The notes below the pieces were generated by a model. It had not been told where the DNA came from and made no database searches. It was given only the letters and a program-made list of their open reading frames with translations. The translations under genes were made by a program, and so were the position numbers. A stretch of DNA of 11,417 nucleotides, taken from NCBI GenBank assembly GCA_031370645.1, contig JANMQV010000176.1:1-11417 (forward strand), given 5' to 3'. Origin of the DNA: Candidatus Eiseniibacteriota bacterium (lineage in GTDB: Bacteria > Eisenbacteria > RBG-16-71-46 > SZUA-252). How positions within the stretch are numbered: position 1 is the stretch's first letter; every line of letters begins with the position of its first letter. Shown piece by piece: positions 1 to 8,493 of this stretch.

Positions 1-2
1 TC

Positions 3-533
3 GACGACGGCCAGCCGGAGCGCGAGCTCCCCTTCTTCCAGTTCTCGGTCGATAACGCGTTCTTCAAGGCGCAGACGGCACTCGCGGGCGTGCTCGACAA
101 TCTGCCGAACCGCCCGGCCGCATGGGCGCTTCGCGTGGCCGTCTTCCCGTACGGCCCGCGCTGGAAGGCGCCGAGCGACCGTCTCGGATCGAAGGTCGCG
201 CGAGCCCTCCTCGAGGATCGTGAGACGCGCGCGAAACTGACGGGCGACATCTTCATGCCGGGGAAAGAGCAGGCCGGGCTCGGCCGTTTGGAGGATGCTT
301 ACGAGAAGGCGATGGCCGCGCGCGACGTGGAGCGGAAGCTTCGCGAGGCGATGAAGTCGGGACTCGTGCCGGCGCCGGGGAAAAACGGCGACGGCGCCCT
401 GAGTGCCGCGGTGGAGAAGGGTGTTCTAACGGCGGCGGAAGCGCAGCTGGTGAAGGCGGCTCACACCGCGCGCCTCGATGTGATTCAAGTCGACTCGTTC
501 GACGCGGAGACGTTCAAGCACATTCGTATGTAG
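3..533 (+). CDS. fadE: Acyl-CoA dehydrogenase, FadE type, C-terminal part (DUF1974-like domain); 5'-truncated by the window
   Basis: Frame is open from base 3 (DDGQPERELPFFQFSVDNAFFKAQTALAGVLDNLPNRP...) to TAG at 531-533, so the GTG at 90 is not the true start. Segments 'LDNLPNR', 'VFPYGPRWKAPSDRLGSKVA', 'GRLEDA' and 'KGVLTAAEAQLVKAAHTARLDVIQVDSFD' match my recollection of the E. coli FadE C-terminus (LLQNFPNR...IFPTGRHYLAPSDKLDHKVA...KGLIDKDEAAILVKAEESRLRSINVDDFD). Confidence 0.9.
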   Translation, partial: DDGQPERELPFFQFSVDNAFFKAQTALAGVLDNLPNRPAAWALRVAVFPYGPRWKAPSDRLGSKVARALLEDRETRAKLTGDIFMPGKEQAGLGRLEDAYEKAMAARDVERKLREAMKSGLVPAPGKNGDGALSAAVEKGVLTAAEAQLVKAAHTARLDVIQVDSFDAETFKHIRM

Positions 534-539
534 CGAGAT

Positions 540-3131
540 TCAGTTCGACGGAAGGAGCAACCGGGCGCGGCGAAGCCCTTCGGCCGCGCCCCGATCTTCC
601 GCCTCGGCCGCCCGCGCGGAGGCATCCTCCAGCAGCGCCGCCGCACGCGCGACGCCACTGCTCGCCGTCAACGCCTTGGCCAAATCCGCGGCCACCGCAT
701 CGCTCCATCCCAAGGACTCCTCCGCCGATTGCGCCGACAAGAGATCGAACGGCGCGCGATGCTCGAGCCAGCCGTTGTCGTCGGTGTTCACCGGTCCCGC
801 CCCCGCCTCAGCCGCCACGCGCTCCAACCGTCCGCGATAGTAGCGAAGCAGATCGGACGGCCGCCCCACCCCGACCCGCGCGAGATTGGCCGCCACGGCG
901 GGTTCTCGAAACGCCGCGTCCCACGATGAGAGGTCGAGCGGCACCTCGGCGTTCGGCGACGCGAGGATGATGAGATCGGCGGCCGAATCGATGTAGAAGA
1001 GCTGCCCCTTCGGAAACGTGCGCGCCAGCGTCCGGATGACGGTGCGAATCGCGTCGGGGGAGATTTGGTAACACTGGACCCACTGGCAGAGGAGGCCGCC
1101 GGGGCGAAGCCTGGTGGCGGCGATGCGGTAGAAGTCGTCGGAGAAAAGATCCCCCATTCCGGCGATCCAGAAATTCGACGGCTCCGAGACGATCACGTCG
1201 TACGCGCGCTTCTCCGAACGGAGCACGAGGCTCGCGTCTTCCACCAGCATCCGATGGCGCGGATTCGAGAGCGGATCGCCCGCGCTCTCACGGAAGAAGG
1301 GCGCCGCCTCCACCACTGCCGGCTCGAGCTCCACCGTCCGGACCTCGCGCAGATTGTGCGTCAGTGCCGCCGCCGTGGTCACGCCGCTCCCGTAGCCGAT
1401 GACGAAGACGTCCCCGGCACGCGGCGTGGCGAGGAGCGGGAGTTGCCCCACCAGCACCTGGGTGCGCATGTCGGAGCCGGCGCCGGTCGTGGCATCCGCC
1501 TTGCCGTTGATGAGAAGTGTCCGCTGGCCCTGCGTCTCGACCACCGCGACGCTCGCCACAGGCCCTTCGCGGTAGAAGAGGATCGTGCCGAGGTCGGGGC
1601 GCGAGCCGACGGCGTCGATGACGCGGTGCGTCATCGCTTCGCCGCCGAACCAGTAGGAACGAAGGAGGCGGATCAACCCGATGCTCATTCGTTCCTGACT
1701 CCAGGAGGGCATCGCCACCACCGCGAAGGCCACCGCGCCCGCGACGATGAGCGCGGCACCCGCGCGCCGGCCGCGCGCCGCCGGCTCCCCACCGAGGAGC
1801 GCGCCGATTCCGAGAAGCGTGTTCGCCACCGCGGCGCCGAGAATCGCGATCGGGGCGCCAAAGGCGGGAATGAGGAAATAGGCGGTCAAGAGCGAGCCGA
1901 GAATCGAGCCAGCGGTGTTCGCGGCGTAGACGGCGCCCGTGGCGCGCGACGCTTCGACTCCCGCCGCGCGACGCACCGCCACGGCCACGGGGAAGAGGGC
2001 GCCGAGAAGGATGGTCGGCGGCAGGAGCAACACGGCCGTGATTCCCGCTTCGGCGGCCAGGAGTTTCGGCACGCTTCCGGCGGACGCGGCAATCGCCTGC
2101 GTCTGCCAGTGGGGGAGCTGTTGCAGCGCGTGGAGCCCACCCGCCACGGTCGCCGCGAGCGCGCCTTGCAAGACGCCGAAAAGCGCGACCGGCGCGCGCA
2201 CGCGGCGAAGCGCCCGCTCCGCTCCCGCCGCGCCGAGTGCCAAGCCGAGGAGGTAGATGGCGAGAATCGCCGAGAACGCGTAGGTGATGCCGCCGAACGG
2301 CACCGTCAGAAGCCGCGTCCAGGCGACTTGATAGAGAATCGCGGCCATTCCCGAGAGCGCGAACGCGGGGAGCAGCCACCGCGTGAATCCGGGCGCCGCG
2401 GCGCGTTCGTGGGCGGAGGCCGCGCCCGGCGCGCTCGCTTCGGTCGCGACGCGCGGAGGAAATTCGGCTCGCGCCACGGACGGAGCGGGCGAAGGGATGC
2501 GTGCGGCGAAGAGCGTGGCGGCGAGAAGGAGGTCGAGGCATCCAGCCGTGATCGCGGTCCTGGCCAAACCGAATTCGGGGACCAGGAGGAACCCCGCCAA
2601 GACGGTCCCGAGCACCGCCCCCCCGGTGTTGATCGCGTAGAGGCGCGCTACCGCTGCGGAGGATTCCTTCGGCCGGCGCCTGGAGGCGTCCTCCACGATG
2701 AGGGGGAGAGTGGCCCCCATGGCGATCGTCGGGACCATGAGCGCCGCGAACAGGAGAATGAACCGGACGCCGTGGAAGAGGGGCCCGGGCCCGCCGAGCA
2801 CCTCGTAGAGTCCCGAGAAGAGGGGGCGGGCGGCCTGGTAGGCGAAGGGCGAAATGAGCGCCAGGAGCCCCACGACACCTTCGAGCATCGCGTAGCCGGA
2901 CAAGGGGTTCGCGATGCGTGCGGCACGCCGGCCCCCGAGGGCGGCGCCGAGCCCCAGACCGCCCAGGAAGGCGGCCACGACGGTGGCGACGCCGTGGACC
3001 GAATTCCCCAGAAGGAGCGAGAGGTACTTCGACCAGACGACTTCCAGGGCAAGCCCCGCCGCGCCCGAGAGGAAAAAGCAGGCGGGGACGAGGACCCTGG
3101 ATGGGTCGTTTCCACTCGTGTTTTTGGTCAC
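540..3131 (-). CDS. Fused membrane (MFS-like) / spermidine synthase-like SAM-binding domain protein
   Basis: About 13 hydrophobic segments in two repeated modules (FFLSGAAGLALEVVW / FALSGMAAILYQVAW), then a class I SAM-MTase fold: LLINGKADA, VFVIGYGSGVT, VELEPAVVEAA, YDVIVSEPSNFW, LFSDDFY...RLRPGGLLCQW, NTDDNGWLE. Stop TGA at 542-540. Start uncertain: GTG at 3131 (863 aa) preferred over TTG at 3167, which would leave only 13 bp to the divergent gene. Confidence 0.88.
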   Translation of the reverse strand: MTKNTSGNDPSRVLVPACFFLSGAAGLALEVVWSKYLSLLLGNSVHGVATVVAAFLGGLGLGAALGGRRAARIANPLSGYAMLEGVVGLLALISPFAYQAARPLFSGLYEVLGGPGPLFHGVRFILLFAALMVPTIAMGATLPLIVEDASRRRPKESSAAVARLYAINTGGAVLGTVLAGFLLVPEFGLARTAITAGCLDLLLAATLFAARIPSPAPSVARAEFPPRVATEASAPGAASAHERAAAPGFTRWLLPAFALSGMAAILYQVAWTRLLTVPFGGITYAFSAILAIYLLGLALGAAGAERALRRVRAPVALFGVLQGALAATVAGGLHALQQLPHWQTQAIAASAGSVPKLLAAEAGITAVLLLPPTILLGALFPVAVAVRRAAGVEASRATGAVYAANTAGSILGSLLTAYFLIPAFGAPIAILGAAVANTLLGIGALLGGEPAARGRRAGAALIVAGAVAFAVVAMPSWSQERMSIGLIRLLRSYWFGGEAMTHRVIDAVGSRPDLGTILFYREGPVASVAVVETQGQRTLLINGKADATTGAGSDMRTQVLVGQLPLLATPRAGDVFVIGYGSGVTTAAALTHNLREVRTVELEPAVVEAAPFFRESAGDPLSNPRHRMLVEDASLVLRSEKRAYDVIVSEPSNFWIAGMGDLFSDDFYRIAATRLRPGGLLCQWVQCYQISPDAIRTVIRTLARTFPKGQLFYIDSAADLIILASPNAEVPLDLSSWDAAFREPAVAANLARVGVGRPSDLLRYYRGRLERVAAEAGAGPVNTDDNGWLEHRAPFDLLSAQSAEESLGWSDAVAADLAKALTASSGVARAAALLEDASARAAEAEDRGAAEGLRRARLLLPSN

Positions 3132-3180
3132 TTGGTCGTATGTGACGGGTGACCGTGTAGGATACAATCATCGGATTCGC
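3132..3180. promoter_or_regulatory. Compact divergent promoter region with overlapping -10-like hexamers
   Basis: 49-bp, locally AT-richer spacer between head-to-head genes. TAGGAT (3158-3163) and TACAAT (3163-3168) on +, TATCCT (3164-3159) on -. No clear Shine-Dalgarno for either gene. Confidence 0.5.
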
Positions 3181-6020
3181 ATGGCGACCACCACCTGTCG
3201 GAATGCCCTTCTCGGGGCGTTCCTCCTCTTCCTTGCCGCGGCGCTCGCCGCGCCATGCGAGGCGGCCCCCCGTCCGGCTCAACCCGCGGAGGCGCCCGTC
3301 CTCGAACGGGGCGTCGTGCGCGAAGAGATCCCTGTCTGGACCTCTCCCGCGAACCGCTCCGGCAGACTCTCCCGCCGCCCTCACCGCGCTCCGCCGCCAC
3401 TCGAGGAAGTCGTCGTGTTCAGCGACAGCCTCGAAGGACATCCTCTGGACGACGAAAACGGCTGGACGCACAGCGATGCATCGGGCGATCCGGCGGCGTG
3501 GCACCTCGACAGTCTGCTCGCCTGCCAGGGGAAAGCCTGGTGGTGCGGCCGCGTCGACTCCACGTGGGTTTTCGATTCGAATCGCGCCGGCTACGCGAAT
3601 TCTTGGACGCACTATCTGGAAAACTCCGTGCGCCTCGACACGATCCCCGCGGGGACCGTGGCTCGGCTCGGCTTCAAACACTATTTCAACGCGGAGAAGG
3701 ATTACGACTACGGCCTCGTGCAGGTCCTCGACCTGACTCAGGGCTGGGTCGATCTCGCGACGTTCACCGGGAAGATTCCAAGTCACGGCGGCGGGTGCGA
3801 CACCTTCAGCGTCGCCATTCCCGAATCGATCCGGACGCAGTACTACACGGATCCGCAGAATCCGCTTCCCGTCTATTTCCGCTTCGTCTTCACCTCAGAC
3901 ATCGGCTTCTCGTCATCCGACGGCCTCTACGACGGCGACGGGTGGGTGATCGACAACATCACCGTCAGGGCCGGCACGCAGGTCCGCTTCTTCGACAATG
4001 GCGAAAACGGAATCGGAAATTGGTCCTGGACCGTGCTCCCGCCGGTCGGCGATTTCTTCGCCCTCTCGAACAACGTCACCACCGAGGACCTCTGCACCGA
4101 CAATCGAACGAACGTCTGGGTCGATTGGGATCCCGTGATCCAGTCGGTGATCCCGCGGCTCAACAATTTGCTCAACACGCCCCCGGTCGCCGTGCAGCGT
4201 TCGGATCGCGTCGTCGTGAACTTCGACGTCTATCGAAACCTGCCGCTCAACGCCTGTTTCTATTACCACCTGAACTACCGAACCAAGAACGTGGGCGGCG
4301 GCTGGAGCGCGTGGACCGACCCGACTCGGCTCCTCTACTACGGAGCCACGAAGGATTGGGCGCGGCAGAAGGTCGTGCTGGCGGGTGCCTCCGGGAAGGA
4401 CTCGGTGATGGTGCAGCTCGCCCTCACCGATTTCGGGCAGATCTATTGCGATGGGAGCCAGACGGCGAACGGCGTCTACACCTTCTTCGACAACGTCGCG
4501 GTCGGAATCACGGGGACGTCGCCGCCGATTCTCATTCAGCGCGACCTTGATCTCTACCAGGACACCTTCAACACCGCGGCGTTCTTCAAGGACGACAACA
4601 TCAATAGCGCGCTCGGCGACAGCGCCGTGGTACAGGTCTCAGCTGCGCGCGGCTACAAGAACGGGTTCCTCCACTACCGTGTGAACGGAGGGTCGTTCCT
4701 CTCGGTGTGCTCGCGGTTTCCGCGCCCGCGCTCCCTACGATTCGCTACGCCGACGTGCCGCCGGGGAACTACCCGGCGAGCACCACGATCCAATACTATT
4801 TCGCCGTCACCGACAGCCAGAACACGACCTCCACGCTACCGGTGGACGCGATCGACGGAACCGAATTCTTCTCGGTGTCGGTCCTTCCAGTGAAGACCGC
4901 CACGAATCCGGTGCTGGCCTGCTTCGACAGCCTCGCCCCCATCCTCTTCATCAACAACTTCGCCGGCCGAGAACCGAAGCCTTACTTCGCGGAAGCGATG
5001 AAAGCGCTCGGGTACAAATTCGACGAGTGGGACGTGAACGGGCCCTCGAGCCTTGTCGGCAATACGCCCGCCGGTTCGACGCCCGGAGGGCTCTACGACT
5101 GGCCGATCACTCCCGTCGACAATCTGCTCCAGTACAAGGCGATCATCTGGCACTCGGGAAATCTGAGCGCCCAGCCGATTCGGAAGGAAGACCAGGCGAT
5201 GTTCCAGTCGTGGCTCCAGCAGCCGGGCCAGGATCGAAATTTCTGGATCAGCGGTGACGATGTCGCGACCGCGCTCTGGTCGGGGGACGATTTCAACTCG
5301 TTCCTCTCGTTCACCTGCGGCGTACGATTCATTCGCGATCTCTGGGAGAGTTTCCCCCAAGACACGCTCCATCCCGTGGTGCAGGGCTTCGCGGGCTCGC
5401 CGACGGCGGGGCGCACCATGCACGTCAATGCGGATTGTCCTCTCATCGACGATTTCGACCTCATCGCGAGTTCGAACTCCGCGATCCTGAATGGGCGGGC
5501 GGGGCTCTATCTCAAGTATCCGAATAATCTCGGCGCTGCGACACGCCACGCCGCGAAGTACGTCTCCTTCGGTCCGGATAGCGCGCGCGTTGTCTTCATG
5601 GGCTTCTCGTTCAACGACATCGAAGAGGGTGGCGAACGGATCCAGTTGACGGCGGGGACGTTGGGGAATTACTTCAAACTGACCGCCTGCTACTACCCCA
5701 CCGGCATCGACGAAGACCCGGTGAGCGACGCGCCGGCGGTGCCGAATCGCCTCTTCCAGAACGCGCCGAATCCGTTCAATCCGGAGACCGCCATTCGCTA
5801 CACAGTCGGTTCGTCCGGCGCTGTCACGATTCGCCTCTTCAATGCGGCCGGAGCGCTGGTCCGCACCCTGGTCGATCGCCCGCACGCGTCGGGCGACTAC
5901 ACCGTGCGTTGGAATGGCACCGACGACCAAGGCCGGCGTTTGGGAAGCGGTGTCTACTTCTACGAGATTCAAACCTCCGGCGGATTCCGTAATTCCCGGA
6001 AACTCGTCCTTCTGAAGTAA
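3181..6020 (+). CDS. Secreted multidomain protein with C-terminal FlgD-Ig / T9SS type A-like sorting domain; frameshifted at ~4705-4710 (joins track ORFs 2914..4893 and 4707..6020; ~946 aa if repaired)
   Basis: ATG 3181 begins a Sec signal peptide (MATTTCRNALLGAFLLFLAAALAAPCEA-A). Two jelly-roll/InhA-MAM-like units follow (VFSDSLEG...AEKDYDYGLVQV...FRFVFTSD...GWVIDNITV; FFDNGENG...FFDNVAV). An Ig-like unit spans the frame break (LHYRVNGGSFLSV | LAVSAP...TTIQYYFAVTDS). Next is an alpha/beta domain (YKAIIWHSG...NFWISGDDVA...RVVFMGFSF), then the C-terminus RLFQNAPNPFNPETAIRY...LVRTLVD...VRWNGTDDQGRRLGSGVYFY...RKLVLLK*. Stop TAA 6018-6020. Either a sequencing indel or a recent pseudogene. Confidence 0.85.
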
Positions 6021-6049
6021 ACTTCTCCCGTCCCACCCGGGGGAGGCCC

Positions 6050-6787
6050 ATGAACCCATCCATTCAGATCCAAGACCTCGTTCGACGTTACGGCGACGTG
6101 GAGGCGGTGCGCGGCCTTTCGCTCGAGATCCGCGGGGGCGAAATCTTCGGGCTCCTCGGTCCGAACGGCGCCGGGAAGTCGACCACGCTCCGCGTCATGG
6201 CCACGCTCATTCGCCCCACTAGCGGCAGCGTCCGCGTCGCCGGGTTTGACGTTGTGACGAGCGCGGACGAGGTGCGCCGCCGGATCGGTTACGTTCCCGA
6301 AGAAGCGGAGCTCTACGACGCGCTGACCGGTTCGGAGTTCCTGGAACTGCTGGCCGATCTCCATCGCCTCGATCGCGCCGCCGCCGCCGCCAAGTCGGGC
6401 CCCCTCCTCGATACGTTCTCGCTGACCCGCGACATCGACCGGCCGGTGGGGGATTACTCGAAGGGGATGAAGCAGAAGCTCCTCATCACCGCAGCACTCC
6501 AGCACGACCCCGAGGTGCTCCTTCTCGACGAGCCGCTCGACGGGCTCGACGTGGCGGCGCAGGAGACGCTGAAGGGTGTGCTCCACGCCCATGCAGCGGC
6601 CGGGCATGTCGTCGTCTACTCCTCGCACATCCTGGAAGTCGTGGAGCGCCTCTGCGACCGCGTCGGCATCATCGATCGCGGACGTCTCGTGGCGCTCGGC
6701 GCGCCCGCGGAACTGCTCGCCGCTCATCCGGGGCGGACCCTTTCGGCACTCTTCCTGCAGCTCACGTCGGCGGGCGCAGGCGCATGA
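6050..6787 (+). CDS. ABC transporter ATP-binding protein (ABC-2 / exporter type)
   Basis: Walker A GPNGAGKST, signature YSKGMKQK, Walker B LLLDEP, H-loop YSSH. GGGAGG (6041-6046) just upstream of ATG 6050. Confidence 0.95.
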   Translation: MNPSIQIQDLVRRYGDVEAVRGLSLEIRGGEIFGLLGPNGAGKSTTLRVMATLIRPTSGSVRVAGFDVVTSADEVRRRIGYVPEEAELYDALTGSEFLELLADLHRLDRAAAAAKSGPLLDTFSLTRDIDRPVGDYSKGMKQKLLITAALQHDPEVLLLDEPLDGLDVAAQETLKGVLHAHAAAGHVVVYSSHILEVVERLCDRVGIIDRGRLVALGAPAELLAAHPGRTLSALFLQLTSAGAGA

Positions 6788-8493
6788 GGGTTGGCGGCAC
6801 CGCTCCCCGGGCGGGTTTCACCGAGCGCGTGGGGAAGCTGCTCGGCGCCGACCCGGCGGTGTTCGGGCCCTTCGTTCGCGCCTACGGCTTGATCGTCCGG
6901 CGCCAGTCGCGGATGAAGCTCTTGCGCGGAGTTTCGCAAAAGGCCATGGGACGGCTCACTCCGTTTCACATGGCGTGCGTGATGGCGGCGTTTCTCGGCG
7001 TCATCGTCGTCGTGGCGCTTGGGACCATTCAGCCTCCGCTCCTCGGGGCGATCGCGGCGATGACGCTCGGGCTCTTGATCGTGGTCTTCGCGGTCCTCTT
7101 CGACTACCTCGAGGTGCTCGCGAATCCGGACGAGTACCGCGTCATCGCCGCGCATCCGCACGACGCCTGGTCGGTGGTGTCGGCGAAGATCTTCGTGGTC
7201 GGCCGGGCGATCGCGACACTCTCCCTCTGCTACTTCACGCCGAGCATCGTCGCGATCGGATTCTTCCGACATTCGGCCCTCGCGGCGGTGGGCTTCGCGC
7301 TCGGCGCGGCGCTCGGAACGTTCTCCGCCACGCTCGGGGCGATGCTTCTCGGCGTTGGAATTCTCGCCCGGTGGGGCCGCGTCGCGCTCCTCCGAGTCCT
7401 CCCGGCGATCCAGGCGATCTTTCTTATCTCCTACTTCTCGATCTCGATGGGAAGGCGCTGGCTCGTGGCCGGCGGGCACTCGCTCGGCGCCGAGCTACCG
7501 TCCTGGATCACGTTTCTCCCGTCCACGTGGTTTCTGGCTCCGCTCGAGTGGGCGACGGGGACGACCACGCCGGCGACGTGGCTTCGGGCGACGCTGGCGT
7601 TCGGTACGGTGCTCGGGCTCATGAGGGTCGGGGCGCGGTGGCAGCGGTCGGGGTTCGGGGAAACGCTCCTCGCGGTGGGCGAGGGAGCTATTCCGGCCGC
7701 GCGGCGGCGGAAGAGCGCTGCGACGGGTGTTGGCGAGGGGGGACGCGCGGCCGCGCGGAAGAATGCAAAACCGGGCGTTTCGTGGATCCGGGACCCGGCC
7801 ACTCGATCGTTTCTTTCGATGGCGCGAATTCATGCGCGAGCCGATCTCGCCTTCCGTAGCCAGATGATCGTCTCGCTCCTGATGCCGGCGATGATCTTTC
7901 TATCGCCGAGCATCTCGCTCGGCTCGCGGCGGCAGGCGTTCCCGGAACTGGCCTTCATCTTCGCCGCGGGCGCGGTGGGGTTCGCCATCATGAGCCTGAC
8001 GACGGCGAGCGCCGCGTCGACCCGTCCGGAGGCGTTTTGGCCGGTCTTGATCTCGCCGATTTCGCGGGAGCGATATTCGCTGGCGCTTTGCGGAGTGCTT
8101 CGCTGGTGGGTGGTCCTGCCGGTCGCGGTGGGGGCCGGCGCGTGGTACCTCGCGACGGCGGCGGCGGTGCCGTGGCACGAGCGGATCGCGCGCGCGGCGG
8201 GCGTGGCGGTCTACCTGGAGCTGCTCGTGACCCTCATGCGCGGGATCGCGCCCGACCCGCCATTCACCGTTCGCCCCAGTCGCGATCGGAAACTTCAGTG
8301 GGGTCAGGTCGCGGCGATGCTGATCGGATTCGCGATCTGCGGTGGAGGAGGGTTTAGCCTTTTCCTCGTTTGGCTCATCCGCGGGTGGGGCGCCTGGCTC
8401 GCACTCGCGGTCCTCGGCGCCTTGCGAGTCCCTCTCGAATTCTGGACTCGCTGGAGAGTGCGCCGCGCGTGGGAGTCGCTCGAGGCGGCGTGA
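6784..8493 (+). CDS. Multi-pass membrane protein, probable permease of the ABC exporter
   Basis: ATGA overlap with the ATPase stop (6784-6787). 569 aa with roughly a dozen hydrophobic segments in two blocks separated by a basic cytoplasmic loop (RRRKSAATGVGEGGRAAARKNAK). Confidence 0.82.
   Translation: MRVGGTAPRAGFTERVGKLLGADPAVFGPFVRAYGLIVRRQSRMKLLRGVSQKAMGRLTPFHMACVMAAFLGVIVVVALGTIQPPLLGAIAAMTLGLLIVVFAVLFDYLEVLANPDEYRVIAAHPHDAWSVVSAKIFVVGRAIATLSLCYFTPSIVAIGFFRHSALAAVGFALGAALGTFSATLGAMLLGVGILARWGRVALLRVLPAIQAIFLISYFSISMGRRWLVAGGHSLGAELPSWITFLPSTWFLAPLEWATGTTTPATWLRATLAFGTVLGLMRVGARWQRSGFGETLLAVGEGAIPAARRRKSAATGVGEGGRAAARKNAKPGVSWIRDPATRSFLSMARIHARADLAFRSQMIVSLLMPAMIFLSPSISLGSRRQAFPELAFIFAAGAVGFAIMSLTTASAASTRPEAFWPVLISPISRERYSLALCGVLRWWVVLPVAVGAGAWYLATAAAVPWHERIARAAGVAVYLELLVTLMRGIAPDPPFTVRPSRDRKLQWGQVAAMLIGFAICGGGGFSLFLVWLIRGWGAWLALAVLGALRVPLEFWTRWRVRRAWESLEAA

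Noticed and set aside
534..539. Terminator between convergent fadE and the membrane transferase gene
   Set aside because: Only 6 bp separate the stops; no hairpin plus U-tract is visible.
1065..3152. 695-aa + strand ORF
   Set aside because: Antisense shadow of the membrane/SAM-domain gene; Arg/Glu/Gly-rich with no motifs, as expected in high-GC DNA.
2914..3180. N-terminal extension of the secreted protein in the ORF track
   Set aside because: Overlaps the divergent gene; the signal peptide begins at ATG 3181.
1288..3786. 832-aa - strand ORF
   Set aside because: Alternative-frame and antisense overlap of two well-supported genes; low-complexity Arg/Pro/Gly composition.
3400..4000. Immune inhibitor A (M6) metalloprotease call
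   Set aside because: Only the accessory MAM-like domain is similar; no HExxH zinc motif in either half of the protein.
3255..4550. 431-aa + strand alternative-frame ORF
   Set aside because: Arg-rich off-frame shadow of the secreted protein.
4707..6020. Independent 437-aa gene starting at GTG 4707
   Set aside because: Starts mid-domain, has no RBS or signal peptide yet carries a secretion CTD; better explained as the frameshifted second half of the gene starting at 3181.
4836..7479. Minus-strand ORFs 4836..6059, 5969..6727 and 6724..7479
   Set aside because: Antisense shadows of the secreted protein and ABC genes.
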